Assembly: GCF_018350175.1 (NCBI RefSeq)
Contig: NC_058368.1
Location: 160,210,001 to 160,274,000, forward strand
Direction of reading: 5' to 3'
Length of the DNA: 64,000 nucleotides
DNA from: Felis catus
Lineage: Eukaryota
A model generated the notes under the pieces. The model was not told the origin of the DNA. It saw nothing but the letters and a program-made list of their open reading frames with translations, and ran no database searches. Made by a program: the position numbers and the translations under genes. Positions 50,578 to 63,009 of the stretch are shown here, piece after piece; within the stretch, counting starts at the first letter, position 1; the number at the start of each line of letters is the position of its first letter.

Positions 50578-53500
50578 AAAATGAGCCACTAAAGGAAAAA
50601 ACAAATGTTCTTTGTTTTTTTTTCTTTTCTCTCTTCCTCCCTTTCTCCCTGCCTCCCTTCCTCCCTCCCTCCCTTCCTTCTGGTAACATGATTTTCTAGT
50701 TTTTGTATAAGTCAGAATGTTAGAAACATATCTGAAATGTCTGATTTTCTTGGGAAAAGCAACCGATAAGTTATTTTCTTTGACTTTTGGTAGTATAAAT
50801 GAGTGACCCTAGTACACAGGAGAAAAGACAAAAGAGTGAAAGAGTGGAAGATTGCTGTTCAAATAATCAGAACCTCACTCCCACATGACTAAGAATAATA
50901 GTTGAAGTTATTCAGATTTGTAGTAGTTTTAATGATGGCAAGATCTAAGAAAGTAGCTATATTGATGCCTATTGGTTTATAATTAGATATTAAGTGCACT
51001 TCTTCACGGTACTCATGGTCTTTCTAGAAACACAGGAAAGGCTTTTTTTCCAATGCACAGAATTATAGAGCCAAGACTATTCTCTGTGATCCCATCTCCT
51101 CCCAAGACTTGGGAAATATACAATTCTAGACACAAGCTGTATGTTCAGTAACTACTCTTTTTGGTTGAATAGGTGTGAATCAGCCACCTATGTACAAACA
51201 CTTCCTTTGTAATGTGAATATATATTTATTTTTGTGGACTATAGGACTGCCAGCTTTTTCTCTGTTTTCCCCCATGCTCTGTACTAATACCATACTAAAT
51301 AAAAAACATTTTCCACAACTGTAGTTCTGCTACCCAAGAACCAAATAATAAATATTAAGGTTGAGGCAGATCCTATAAATGTGTCTTATATACCTCTATT
51401 TAATTCTGACTCAGAAATCCTTTGTTTCAGTGTTTGGTTTTGGTCAAATGATTATTTTAACCATCTCATTGATTTGGAAAGACTGTATTATACTGCTAAA
51501 GAGAAAGAGGCAGAATTTCTGAAAAATTAGAAATTGAAGGAATTAAAAAAATTAAAGTTACATTTTAAAAGCAGAAATTCTCCCACAAAAATTAAGCTCA
51601 TCAGGTCATTTCTTCAGCCTTAAGAAACAGATTTGAAAATAAAGTAGTTTTCCTGTTGATCTTCAGAGTCCTAGATTTAATCTTTCTCTTTTTTTTATCT
51701 TAATCTCCAGAGAGATTTGCCAGTGGGTTGGGCTTAAGATATGCAAATATGATACAGTGATAAAGCTAATAAATTCCAAATCCCACAAGATCCAATGGTG
51801 ACAGATGAGTGTCAAGTTTGTGCTCAATAAAATGAAAAAAAAAATCCAGTAAGACTTATTAGGGGGAAATTCCATTCCCCCCCCCTTACCCCCAGAAGTA
51901 ACACTGATTTTTTTTTCACCATTATTTTCTCTGGCTATATTGTACATTGAAATGCTGTTAATAACCTACTACTTAAATGCATTTCTTCAACAAAGAATTT
52001 TTTCTTAACCTTGAAACGATTCACCTTTTTTAGAAACTACATTTGCTTATTCCATGACACAAATAATCCTGTGTTTTATTTCAACCCAAATTAAATTCTG
52101 ACCCTATAAAAAGTGTTGGGATAAATATCTAGAAGAGGAAAAAAAGCACAGGCAAGTTTAATATCTACATGAACTGACAGGACACTGATGAGAGTGTATA
52201 ACTCAATGTATTTTTGGAAAGAAATAAATTGCATTACTCCTAATGCTGCGGTACCTCATCTTGTGCAGAGCTGTTGGGGTCACGAAGATGCAGTGGTCAT
52301 AATGAAAACAATTTATTATTCATGAGTCAATTCCCTTATGTTGTGTCCAGAAGATGTTGGGCTTGGCACTAGGGGGCTAGTGGGAATAAGAGTCTTAAAT
52401 TCTTTATCTGTAACCTTAAAATCAGAAATCGAACATGATAGTCTCACATGACAGAGCTCCTTTAACTCTTACAACACCTGAAAGGGAGCCTGGTTCTTTT
52501 CAATTAATAGACACATATGTTAAACCAACTGACAGAAAACCTTTCCCAGAAATCATTATGACCCCCTGATAGCCTGATTTATTTGGGGTTCCCTGGAGGG
52601 CTTATTTTTAATCAGTGATATAAAAAATATGTTTTCAGTTCAGGAGAACTTGGAGTTAATTTGTGGTAATCCCTGTTTGGGATAGTCACATGGTTACAAT
52701 GGTTGACTCTACATGGAAGCTTCTTGCAGGCAAAGGTAGTGCTGCAAGTTTTCAAAATGATTTGTTTGCTTTCCATAAAACATATGGTGGATTTCATTGG
52801 TTTTCAGTGTTTTGAGGAAACCTTATTAGAAAGTTTTCCTACTCATTTTTGTCTAATCCCTCGTGGAAGCTTTAATGCTACATCCTTTGGAACCTTTTCT
52901 GATCTACCCTTCACTCCATACAGGGGTGTCTCTTCCCTTAAAAACCTGGCACTATTTTCTGCATCCTGTTCTTATAACACTTAGAATATGCTGCCTTGCA
53001 TTATGGTTACTGGTGTACATATGCATTTCTTAATAGGGTTTTGGGCAATTAACTCTTTTTTCCTTTCTTCCTATTTGTGCTTTCTCCTTTCTCTCCTTCA
53101 AGCAGCAAGGTTACCAACTGACTCTTGCCTCTAGGGAAAGATGTGACAAAAGGGAAGTCACATATAAAGAGATTTTCCTGACTAGTTTTCAGAATTTTAA
53201 GCCCTGAGGAAAATGAAGTGAATTTAAGTGTTTAACCAAAATGTTAGAAGGTTTGGAGATGGAGAGAATCATCCTCTTCATCACTAGAAAAATTCTCCTG
53301 GGAGTTCAGGGGAAGAAAAAACAGAGGGGAAGTGACTGGAAAACAAAACAAAAGTGAAAACGGCTACAGGGGGCCCTGCTTTGGGGTTTGGGTCTCTGGG
53401 GTCACAGAGGAAAGAGTGAAGATGGGTGGATAAGCTCAGAGACTTCAGCATGTAGAGTGACCCAGAAGGAAAAGAATGACTATTTTGTTCTCCAGTAAGG

Positions 53501-53951
53501 GGTAAGTAGTTGGCAGTAGGGAATACCCCTTTACAGCTTGTCTTCTGTGACCTTAAAGTCAAGTAATTGACTCTTTAGACCTAAGGATATAAAAAGTAGT
53601 AATCTTTCAGTTTGCTGCCTGCTTAGATGAAGGACTAAGGAGGAGAGAGGGTGATGGAGAATACAGAAGAGAGGATGGAAGGCAGTGAAAATCATGTACT
53701 TACTCTTGTCCTTTAAGCTCTTTGATGCCTTGGCATTTTATAAGGCTTTAATTACTGGGATGCAAATCGAAATCAGACTGAATGTGGCTGGGTAATTTGT
53801 TGAAAGTAAATGTGCTCCATCCTATTTGTAATGGGAGAAAGACCAATTTCTTTTAGATTTAATAAAATAAAGACTGTTTTGGGGAGCTTTTGCCACACTT
53901 GAATTTATGAGGGCCACTTAATGTCTTAACTACATTTTAAAAAATTATCAA

Positions 53952-54081
53952 GGGGTGCCTGGATGGCTCAGTTAAAGTGTCCGACTTTGACTCAGGTCAT
54001 GATTTCTTGGTTCATGAGTTTGAACCCTGCATCAGGCTCTCAGCTCTCTCTCCCTCTCACTCTCTCTCAAAAATAAACATA
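53952..54081 (+). mobile_element. Internally deleted Can-SINE
   Basis: TSD aaaaaattatcaag at 53939-53952 and 54082-54095; head joined directly to the CT tract. Confidence 0.9.
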
Positions 54082-54089
54082 AAAAAATT

Positions 54090-54530
54090 ATCAAGCATTT
54101 ATGATGTACCAGAATTTCTTCAGGTATTTTATGAATGTTAACTGATTAATTCTTACCATTCCACCATGAAAAGGTATTATCTTTGCTTCATGTCCTTATT
54201 ATTACTTTTTTAATATTTATTTTTGAGAGAGAGAACGCGAGCTGGGGAGAGGCAAAGAGGGAGGGGGACAGAGAATCTAAAGCAGGCTCTGTGCTGATAG
54301 CAGAGAGCCTGATAGAGGGCTCAAACCCGGAACCAGGAGATCATGACCTGAGCCGAAGTTAGAGCTTAACCGAGCCACTCAGGTGCCCCCATGTCCATAT
54401 TTTTAAATAGACAGGGAAATTGAGCCTAGGGTGATGATGGACACTACCCAGATAGTTTAAATGACACATGATGGGATTTGAACTCTCGTATGTCTCTGGA
54501 AGCTGCTCTTGACCATGACACTCTGCTCCC
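54090..54530 (-). mobile_element. MIR interrupted by a Can-SINE
   Basis: aggtattat ... [SINE] ... gggaaattgagcctag...gggatttgaactc...ctcttgaccatgacactctgc. Confidence 0.6.
54201..54389 (-). mobile_element. Can-SINE
   Basis: TSD catgtcc(t/a)tatt at 54189-54200 and 54390-54401. Confidence 0.92.
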
Positions 54531-54654
54531 TCTCATACTTGACAGTTTTTTTTTGTTAGTTTTGTTAGTTTGTTAGCTATGTTTCAAACTATCTTTGCTT
54601 TACCTAGAGTGCCTGCTATACTATTTGGCTAAATATCTAATGAAATAAATTTAT

Positions 54655-54728
54655 TGTAATCTATAATCTATAGATTAGATAATCTACAGATTAGATATCT
54701 ACAGATTATAGATAATCTGTAATCTATA
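54655..54728. repeat. Short array of self-complementary ~16-bp units (aatcta[t/c]agattagat)
   Basis: Directly visible; bounded by the direct repeat tgtaatctata. Confidence 0.85.
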
Positions 54729-55511
54729 GCGAAGGGATACTAAATAAACACATTGAGAAAAGAAAAAGAAAAAGAAAAGAACCAAATAATTTGGGAGGGT
54801 GCTAAAGTCCACTGAGGAAGTGTCACTCTCTTTTATCATAAAATCCTTGCATGCTGGCTTGGAGACCTACAGTGAAAACTTCCAGTGTATTAACCATAGA
54901 ACCATTTTTATTGTTTTTTTGTTTGTTTGTTTTGTTTGGCTTTTTTTTTTTTCTTTCACCTTTTTGGGTGGAAAGCTATTTTGCATATTGTAGCAAAGTG
55001 GTAAGTAGTGTCATTAAATTTGAGCCAGAGCTGTATGTGAAGTTACTAAGGCAATAAATCACACAATGGAGCCATATTTGATGAAAAGTTGTCATAAAGT
55101 CCCTCTCGAGTCTCAAAACTGTTGTTTGTTTGGGTTTGTTTAATTTTTTGGTTGTCTTGGATTTTTGAGGGAATTGATTAGGCCATTAAAGATCTCACTA
55201 AATTGTTCTGAGCTGCTTGTGGTCAGATATTATGATAAGTCATTGGTCATTCTCTCAGACAATCAAATAAAATTAACTGCCTGTCAAGGTGCAAAGGCTG
55301 AACTAGTGATGTGGCCCAACTTTGAGAGGATGTGTTTAAAGGAGACTAGAGTCAGCTGTTCATGTCCACTGATGCTGGAGCAAGAGGTTGAGTTTAAGTT
55401 GCAGTTTCTCAAGTTACAAGAAAAAAGCTTTCAGACACAGAAATGTGTGGGCTTTGGGGGAATTTTTTCCTTGAGGTCATAGAAACAACAATAGTAACAA
55501 ACTAGGGATAT

Positions 55512-55726
55512 ATATAGTGTTTATTCATTTTTTTGAGAGAGAAAGAGACATAGCACAAGTGGGGGAGGAGCAGACAGAGAGAGGGAGATACAGAATCCAA
55601 AGCAGGCTCCAGGCTCTGAGCTGTCAGCACAGAGCCTGGCAGGGGGCTTAAACCCACAAACTGTGAGATCATGACCTGAGCCAAACAAAGTTGGATGCTT
55701 AACCAACTGAGCCACCCAGGTGCCCC
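55512..55726 (-). mobile_element. Can-SINE
   Basis: TSD aaactagggatat at 55499-55511 and 55728-55740. Confidence 0.94.
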
Positions 55727-55889
55727 TAAACTAGGGATATTTTAAGGGCAATCCTACTCCAGTTTTATTCCAATTCTCCCAGTGTTGCTTTTTGGCCATT
55801 TCCAGTGTGGCTCACCAAAACAGTGTATTTGACTTATCAAATTTAGCAGTTTGTGTCTTTAGAACATAATTTTGTGTCCTCTGACCTTG

Positions 55890-56050
55890 ATTTTCAAAAC
55901 AGAGCCCTCTGGACTGCAGCATTGGAGTCCTCTAGGACCTTGTTAGACATGCAGAGTCCCAGGCTCTTGCTAAACCTACTCTATTGAAATCTGCATTTTT
56001 ACAGGATCCTTGGGAGATTTATATTCACGGTAAAACTTAGGAAGCCCTCT
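55890..56050. mobile_element. MER5A-like hAT MITE
   Basis: cttgttagacatgcagagtcccaggc...aaacctact...aatctgcatttttacaggatcc. Confidence 0.75.
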
Positions 56051-56187
56051 TCAGTGAAAAATCCTTTGTTTTTCTTTGACACAGTGATCTAGGTGTCATT
56101 AAAGCCTATCTAGTGTAAGGGCAGCAGGGGTGAAATCTAGACTGAAATCCAATAAGCAGTTGTCTGGAATTGCCTGCACTTTGCCTC

Positions 56188-56352
56188 TGATCTTCTCAAT
56201 CTGTAGTGTGCATCAGAATCACCTGGACTTGTACACAGACTATTGGGCCCTACCCTTCTAGATTCTGATTTAGTAGGTTGGGGGAGGAATATGAGAAATT
56301 GCATTTCTATAATGTTTTCAGTTGCTGCTGGTATTGGCTTAGAACCATTGCC
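56188..56352. mobile_element. MER5-like hAT MITE
   Basis: ttctcaa...gcatcagaatcacctgg...gattctgatttagtagg...ttgcatttcta...agaaccattg. Confidence 0.75.
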
Positions 56353-56419
56353 CTGAAATCATATATTGATCCATGGATTACTTTGGCTGGAATAGATTGC
56401 AAAACCCAGTAAAGGGCAT

Positions 56420-56590
56420 AACTCTGCCACCTTTGAACTACATGTCTTTAGGGAAGTTGTTTAATCTTTCTGAGCTTTAATCTTTTCATCTGTTTAATGG
56501 GGATGAAAAGAGGTAACATAGATAGCAACTATGTAACAACAAAACTAAGGCAGTGCCTGGTAAGAAGTTACTCTGCAGTATGTATCATTT
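56420..56590 (+). mobile_element. MIR
   Basis: ctctgccac...gggaagttgtttaatctttctgagc...ttcatctgtttaatggggat. Confidence 0.7.
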
Positions 56591-57521
56591 ACTTTGCTCT
56601 GGCTTTCATGGAATTTTAATTGCTTTTAAAACAGTTAAAGACTACTTTTCCTTGCTTTGATTTCCCTCTAGTTGTCATCCAGTTGAACTCTCTGCATTAA
56701 ATCTTAGGTTCTAGTATTACCAATTTTTGATGATTTTCAGAACTATAATTTTATATATGCTCATGTCTCTGTTCTCTAATATTTTTTGTTGCTACTCATA
56801 ATCAAATTATTCTACAGTTGTATAATCTCTGCTAACTCAATACCCTGTCTATGTAGATTTTATTATTCTCTCCTCTATGCTAATAGTGGAACTTGTTTAT
56901 TTCTCTAGTGCTGAACCTACAACATGGCATTTAACTGATGAATAAATTAACTTTATCATCACTTAATCACTTACCTCCCTCACCACTGCCCCCTAGGATA
57001 CTTTTCTCTTCATAGTAGCGTCAGAAATGACTCTTACTTGTGTTCTGAACATGTGCTACAATGGTTGACCCATATTAAGTGTTCGGTAGATTTGTAGGGG
57101 TAGAACCACTCTATATGATATCTTCTAATTTCTTTTTAGGGGTTCTCTGTCACCAGCTCAAGGACAGGAGATTCCTTGCTGGAAGTTTAATGAGTTGGCA
57201 TAGACTTAGCTTTCAAAGGAGCTAGGAAAAGTTCTCAATTTTTAAAATAGATAAACATTAAAGTGAAAATGATAACATGATTTTTAAAGATTATATAACA
57301 GTTGAAAATAAAATCCATGGATAATCAGAGACTAAATTTATAATCTAATCATTCAAAAACCTGAGATATAGAGTCTAACAGAATGTTTTCCTACATGCCT
57401 ATAATACATCTCCCATGTGTTTATCTGCTGTAGTCTTTTCTTTGAATTGTCATGCATGTGACTTGTATCGCTGAATTGCAGTGCAGTTGAGTTCACAGGT
57501 ATTGGAGAAACTGTCATAAGC

Positions 57522-57738
57522 TTTCTTTAAAAAAATTTTTTTAATGTTTATTTTATTTTTGAGAGACAGAGCATGAGCAGGGGAGGGGCAGAGAGAGAGG
57601 GAGACACAGAATCTGAAGCAGGTTCCAAGCTGTGAGCTGTCAGCACAGACCTGGACGCGGGGCTGAAACCCACAAACTGTGAGATCATGACCTGAGCTGA
57701 AGTTGGACACTTAACAGACTGAGCCACACAGGCACCCC
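57522..57738 (-). mobile_element. Can-SINE
   Basis: Full-length body; no TSD found. Confidence 0.93.
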
Positions 57739-59302
57739 AGAATTGGGACTCCATCTTGAAGGAGTTTAAATATGGTGGCAGTATGAATAGACTGATTTTT
57801 TTAGGTTGTTTTAGTAACCATGTATACTTTGACTTACTTTCATTTCACTTGGTTATGGAGCATCATTGGTTGCTAGCACTTCTCTAAGTGAATATATGCC
57901 TCAACATGGTTCTCTATGATACCATTTGAAGGAGGTTTTTCTTTCTGCAAAAGACCTGCCTACTCCATAATATTTCTGTCACCAATCTGTCTTAGTCTTC
58001 CACCTTCCTGGTTCCTAATTCTTGCCTTTTACTTGATAGGTGATGCAGCATAGTATAGTAATACATACCTATAATAGGCATTAAACAAAGACTGAGTGAA
58101 TGAACAAGTGATACCCTGCTGTCTCAGCATGCCCAAGGACACTAGGATGACACAAATGGTTCATTTACAAAAAGACTTTCTTTTTATACTGTGGAGTGTT
58201 GAAAATTTTAGCTCAAATTTGAAAGATAAAAATTCTATAAATGGGCACAATCAATGAAGGTTTTTTAGAAGTAAAATTATAGTAGCAGTGCTCAGAGGTC
58301 AAAATGTGTTATTTTCTTGAAAAATGTGTTGGAACTCAAATTCTCCTACTGGTACATAGTTACATTAATACGTTTTCACCCTTGTTTTTAATAGCCTTTG
58401 TACTCTGTATGTCACCTTAGCAAACTACATTGGAAAATGACATTTGCACATTTTGCCTTCGCCAAACTGATGGTACAGGATTTTAAGTTAGATATTATAC
58501 ATCTTTTACAAGAGGACTTGCAGCAAATATTCTTAAATTATAAAAAATCTTTTTCAAGAAAGAATGGTTTTCATATGGTAACCAGTCCAGTTCTAAACAA
58601 CCAAAAAACAATGGTTATGCTTATAATTGCCTGATTTCATGAATAGTTATGACTAGTCATTATACTCATTTACTACTTTGTTCTTTAAGTGATATAGATG
58701 GGGACATTTACCGTGGCTTTCTGGTAAAATAAGTTACCTGGTAAAACAAGGACACTTCACTATTCAGGATGGAAACTCAGTGAATTGCTTCCACTTCTCG
58801 TTTTTCAGGTTTACTGTAATTCTCTTCCTTCTGAATAAAGGTCCTGTAACAACATTTTCTATTACATAAATTCTTGGTCCTGTTTTCTTATCTCTTGAAA
58901 ATTCTGCCTATTAGAATGTCATAGAAAGTCAGCCATGTTTTAACCTAATTTTCCTCCCCCACTTCTAGCGAGAGACAGGAAGAACATGCAGAATTTGCTG
59001 AATACCTGGTTAATCTCCTTTTACATCTAACTCTAGTATTTGAAGTCATTTTAAGCATAATGGCAGGAGAGTCAAGGTTTGTACAGAAATTAAATTCCTT
59101 TTCTTGATTTCAAGGCAGAAGGAGAAAATATTTTTGAAATGGGGGAAGAGAAGCCTCAGATATTAATCTCCTATGCATAATGAGTAATTAAGTTTGCCTT
59201 AATAATATAATTTTGGTTCAATTTCAGAGTAAAGATGATATTGGTAACATGGACAGTCCAAGGGTTATTGTGTATAACAGGCAACTTTTAAAAATTTGGG
59301 TA

Positions 59303-59524
59303 GGGGTGTCTGGATGGCTCAGATGGTTGATCTTCCAACTCTTGATTTCTGCTCAGGTCATGATCCCTGGGTCATGGGATTGAGCCCCACATGGGGTTCT
59401 GCACTGAGTATGGAGCCTTTTAAAGATTCTTTCTCTCTCTGTCTCTCTCTCCTTTAGCCCTTCTCCCTGTTTGCATTCTCCTTCTCTCTCCAAAATAAAT
59501 GAAATGAAAAAAAAAAGTTCAAAA
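59303..59524 (+). mobile_element. Can-SINE
   Basis: TSD aaaaa(t/g)ttgggta at 59290-59302 and 59525-59537. Confidence 0.92.
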
Positions 59525-61531
59525 AAAAAGTTGGGTAAAAGATGTAATATGTACAAATTTCATTGTGTGTGTGTGTGTGTGCACTGCTTTTCTATGTAAA
59601 ACAATTTTCAATATTTTGTTGGTATGGGTGAAGTTTTTCTAGATCAGTGGTTTAAAACCCTGTCAAAAACAAGGAATGTTTAATACTATGAAAAATTAGA
59701 ATCTCATTTTAAAGTGATACTTTTAATATACGTTAAATGGAAAAATAGTAATGGTAAAATAAAACAAATTTGGCAGCATTTAAATAGTGCCAACCAAATG
59801 GGAGACACATACTGAGCATATAAACAACTTGTTGCCACTGAACAATCACTTCAACTTTAAGATAATCACTTTTCATATGAGAATAGTGAGGTTTGTAACT
59901 TGTCCAGGGCCACACAGTTAGTGATGAGGCTGGATCACCTCTATGCTATACTGCCGTCATAAATTCAGCAGCTTTAAAAATTTTTATTTTATTCATTACT
60001 AAGTTATCAACACATATTTTAAATGAAGAACACATATGTGAGAAATGACTTGGTCCATTTACTGACGATACTTAATGTGCTGATGTTTGTAGTATGTTCT
60101 TGTCTCATGTGTTAACTCCTGCTTGCTGAACATGAATGGAATCTGCCAGAGTCAGCTTTTAGAGTCAGCGTTTAGATTCCAGCTTCCAGTCCTGTATTAA
60201 ATCCTTAATATCCTGTCATAACCATTGCTGTTGGGCTGGAAGTCTGCATGTCTAGACAGGATCAGCTGTATACTCCTAACACAGTTGTGAGATGTGTGCC
60301 TTTTCCTTCACCCCTCTCTCAGACTTGCTACTTTTCTTCTTCAGCACTTCTTCTGTCGGTACCCATTAGCTTTCTTGAATCCAAATCTTAAAATGGTAAC
60401 TTTGTAATTACCTCTAAGTGGCATTGAATACTAATTTCTACCATGAAGATTTTCATTTTAACAGGAAAGGCTAAAAAAACTGGAGCTTTTAGATAGGCTA
60501 TCAATCCTGAGAGTACACCTTTCTTAAAACCAACCTTTACTCCTTGCTTTCTTCTTTTGCCCTCCTGGATTTTCTGGCGCTCTCTTTTCCTCACTTATAT
60601 CTGTTTCTTGGCTTCTTGGTCTACAAGCAAGTGAAATTTCTCCATCTCTTTGATATCACACCACAGAGACCATGATATACCTGGCCATGAGGGAAGGTCA
60701 AAATCTAACTAGAACTAACTCAATCCATAGTCTGACTTGCTGGACCAATCTGTAATGAAGTGGTCTGAGACACTTAATACAAGGCACTTCTTACTCCATT
60801 CACTGTTCAGGCAGGCAACCAAAATACACCAACCATGGTAGGCAGATACCTTCCAGATTTTGATAATGTGTCAAGCGATGAGTGCTCAGGCTACAGGCAG
60901 GTAAGATTCTGGCATGAGAAGGTGATAAATAAGATACCCCGTTTTCTGTGTCAAGAAGGATACTTTGTAGGCTCTGGGGAAGATGTGAATGATACCAGTA
61001 GAACTGACTTCTCACAAGGTGTTGTTGGGGAAAAGTGTCAAGCACTCAGAGATGATGAATGATGGTGTTTAAGGAAGTCTGCTGCTAAGTGTAAAAATAA
61101 AATAAAGTGTGAATGCTAACTAGTAATTGGGGCTATAATAACATTTTAAATGTCTAGAAAAATGTATGTCAAGTGAAGTCACTGGAAAATGTTCACCAAG
61201 CAAATTCTAACATTCACTTGTATACTTGAGAAAGATGAAGAAACTTATTGATCTTGACAAAATGTCATCTTGTAGTTGCAGGGATTTGAGGATTCTAAAT
61301 ATTTCATGTAGATGAGTAAATTATCCCTGCTGGCAAAGTTAGACTATTTTAGACATGATAACCTCAAAAAAAAAACACTATTTCAAGTTAACATTTCATG
61401 ATAACAAATATTTTTCCAATGTAAATGAAGAAGCATCTGATTATAAGTCTTAATTTTCAGCACATAAAAAAACATGGGTCCTAGTAACCTTTCTACTTAG
61501 TTCATATATATACCACTTGCTTTAAAATATG

Positions 61532-61533
<2 letters not shown>

Positions 61534-61577
<44 letters not shown>
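61534..61577. repeat. (TG)n microsatellite
   Basis: Directly visible. Confidence 0.96.
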
Positions 61578-61580
<3 letters not shown>

Positions 61581-61604
61581 ATGTAAAATTACTCTTAAAA
61601 ACAA

Positions 61605-62061
61605 GTCTGCTTAATTTTATGTGCCAACTTGGTTGGGACATGGTGCCCAGACATTTGGTCAAATGTTACTCTGGATGTTTCTTTGATCTTGTGGTGTTGT
61701 GTTTGGTTGATTTGTTGATTGGTTGCTTGGTTTTGTTTCTGTTGGATGAGATTAACATTTAAATCAATGGAATTTAAATAAAACAGATTGCCCTCCTATA
61801 TGTGGATGAACCTCAACTGAAGGTCTTAATAGGACCGACACAGACCTCTCCTGAGCAAGAAAAAAAGGAATTCTGCCAGCAGATGGTGTTTGGACTGGAA
61901 TTGCAGCATTGGTTCTACCTATGTCTACAACCTGTGGAGCCACACTGCAGATTTTGAAATGTCAGTCCTAATAATTGGATAAGTCGATTGCTTAAAAGAA
62001 ACGTTCTCCATAGATACACATCCTATTGGTGTCCTTTCTCTGGAGAATCCCAACTGATACA
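61605..62061 (+). mobile_element. ERVL solo LTR (MLT2-like)
   Basis: ttaattttatgtgccaacttgg...gcccagacatttggtcaaa...gatgagattaacattt...cagattgccctcc...cctattggt...ctctggagaa...taca. Confidence 0.88.
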
Positions 62062-63009
62062 AAGTGGTATTTCCATATTTCTCTTAAGTATCTTTCTGAT
62101 CAAAATACTTTTCTTAATTCCAAGGTGACTGTTGATAAAAGACAATGGTTTCTGGTTTTTAGTATATTATGTGTTTTTTTTTCTTATTATAATCACAAAT
62201 GCCAACTTCCTTAACAATTTATATTCTGTAAGTAGCTTCAGATTGTTAGTCATATTAAACACATGCTCTTTACCTATGCTTGTTTTGACATAGTGTATAT
62301 TTTTTTCAAGTAGGAAAAACTTAAAGATTAGAATACAGAGTCAGTTGTACCCTAAAAGTTTTCTGAGCAGGAAGCATATAAAAGCACAATGGTAATTATG
62401 AAATATTTTTCACAATCATACATGAAATTAAAAATACACAATGACTTTCCAGAATGCTCCTTTGCCTTCCCAGTGTGAACTTTCAACCCTTTACTTTGTA
62501 ATTCATCCTTTTACATGAAACTCACTAGGTCTCAGTAGCACCTTGTAGTAGTGAGACTTAACGGTTCTCTTTTGTCTGAGTATCCACTTAAAACAGGGCA
62601 CAGTTACCCCTGGAGGAGATTATGGTGATGCAGAATATGGCCATATACTCTTGAAAAGGTCTCTTTTATCCACTATATAGCATTTTCCTTTAATCTCTAA
62701 TTTGTTTTTTTGTTAGCCCCATCCTAAATCCTTCTAAGAAGAACCTTGTATACCAAACACCAGATGGAGGTCAACTCAGTAAATGGTGTTTAGTGGTGAT
62801 ATACAACAGGCATAGAAAAAATCATCTATTTTTCTCTTGGGGATAAAATATCTCCTTTTTTTGTGCTATCTCCTGGAAAAATAAACTGATGGAAAGTGTT
62901 TTTTGTTACTGTTATTTTTATCATAATTTTAGATATGTGAACTTAATCCTCACAAATTGTTAGGATCCTTGGGCCTTAGGCTATTTCACCTTCAAAACGA
63001 ACTACACTT

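Noticed and set aside
54655..54728. CRISPR-like array
   Set aside because: Eukaryotic DNA, no unique spacers and no cas genes
60835..61062. 75-aa ORF with an internal CAG|GTAAGA donor motif
   Set aside because: No convincing acceptor or homology, and the distal part looks like decayed L2
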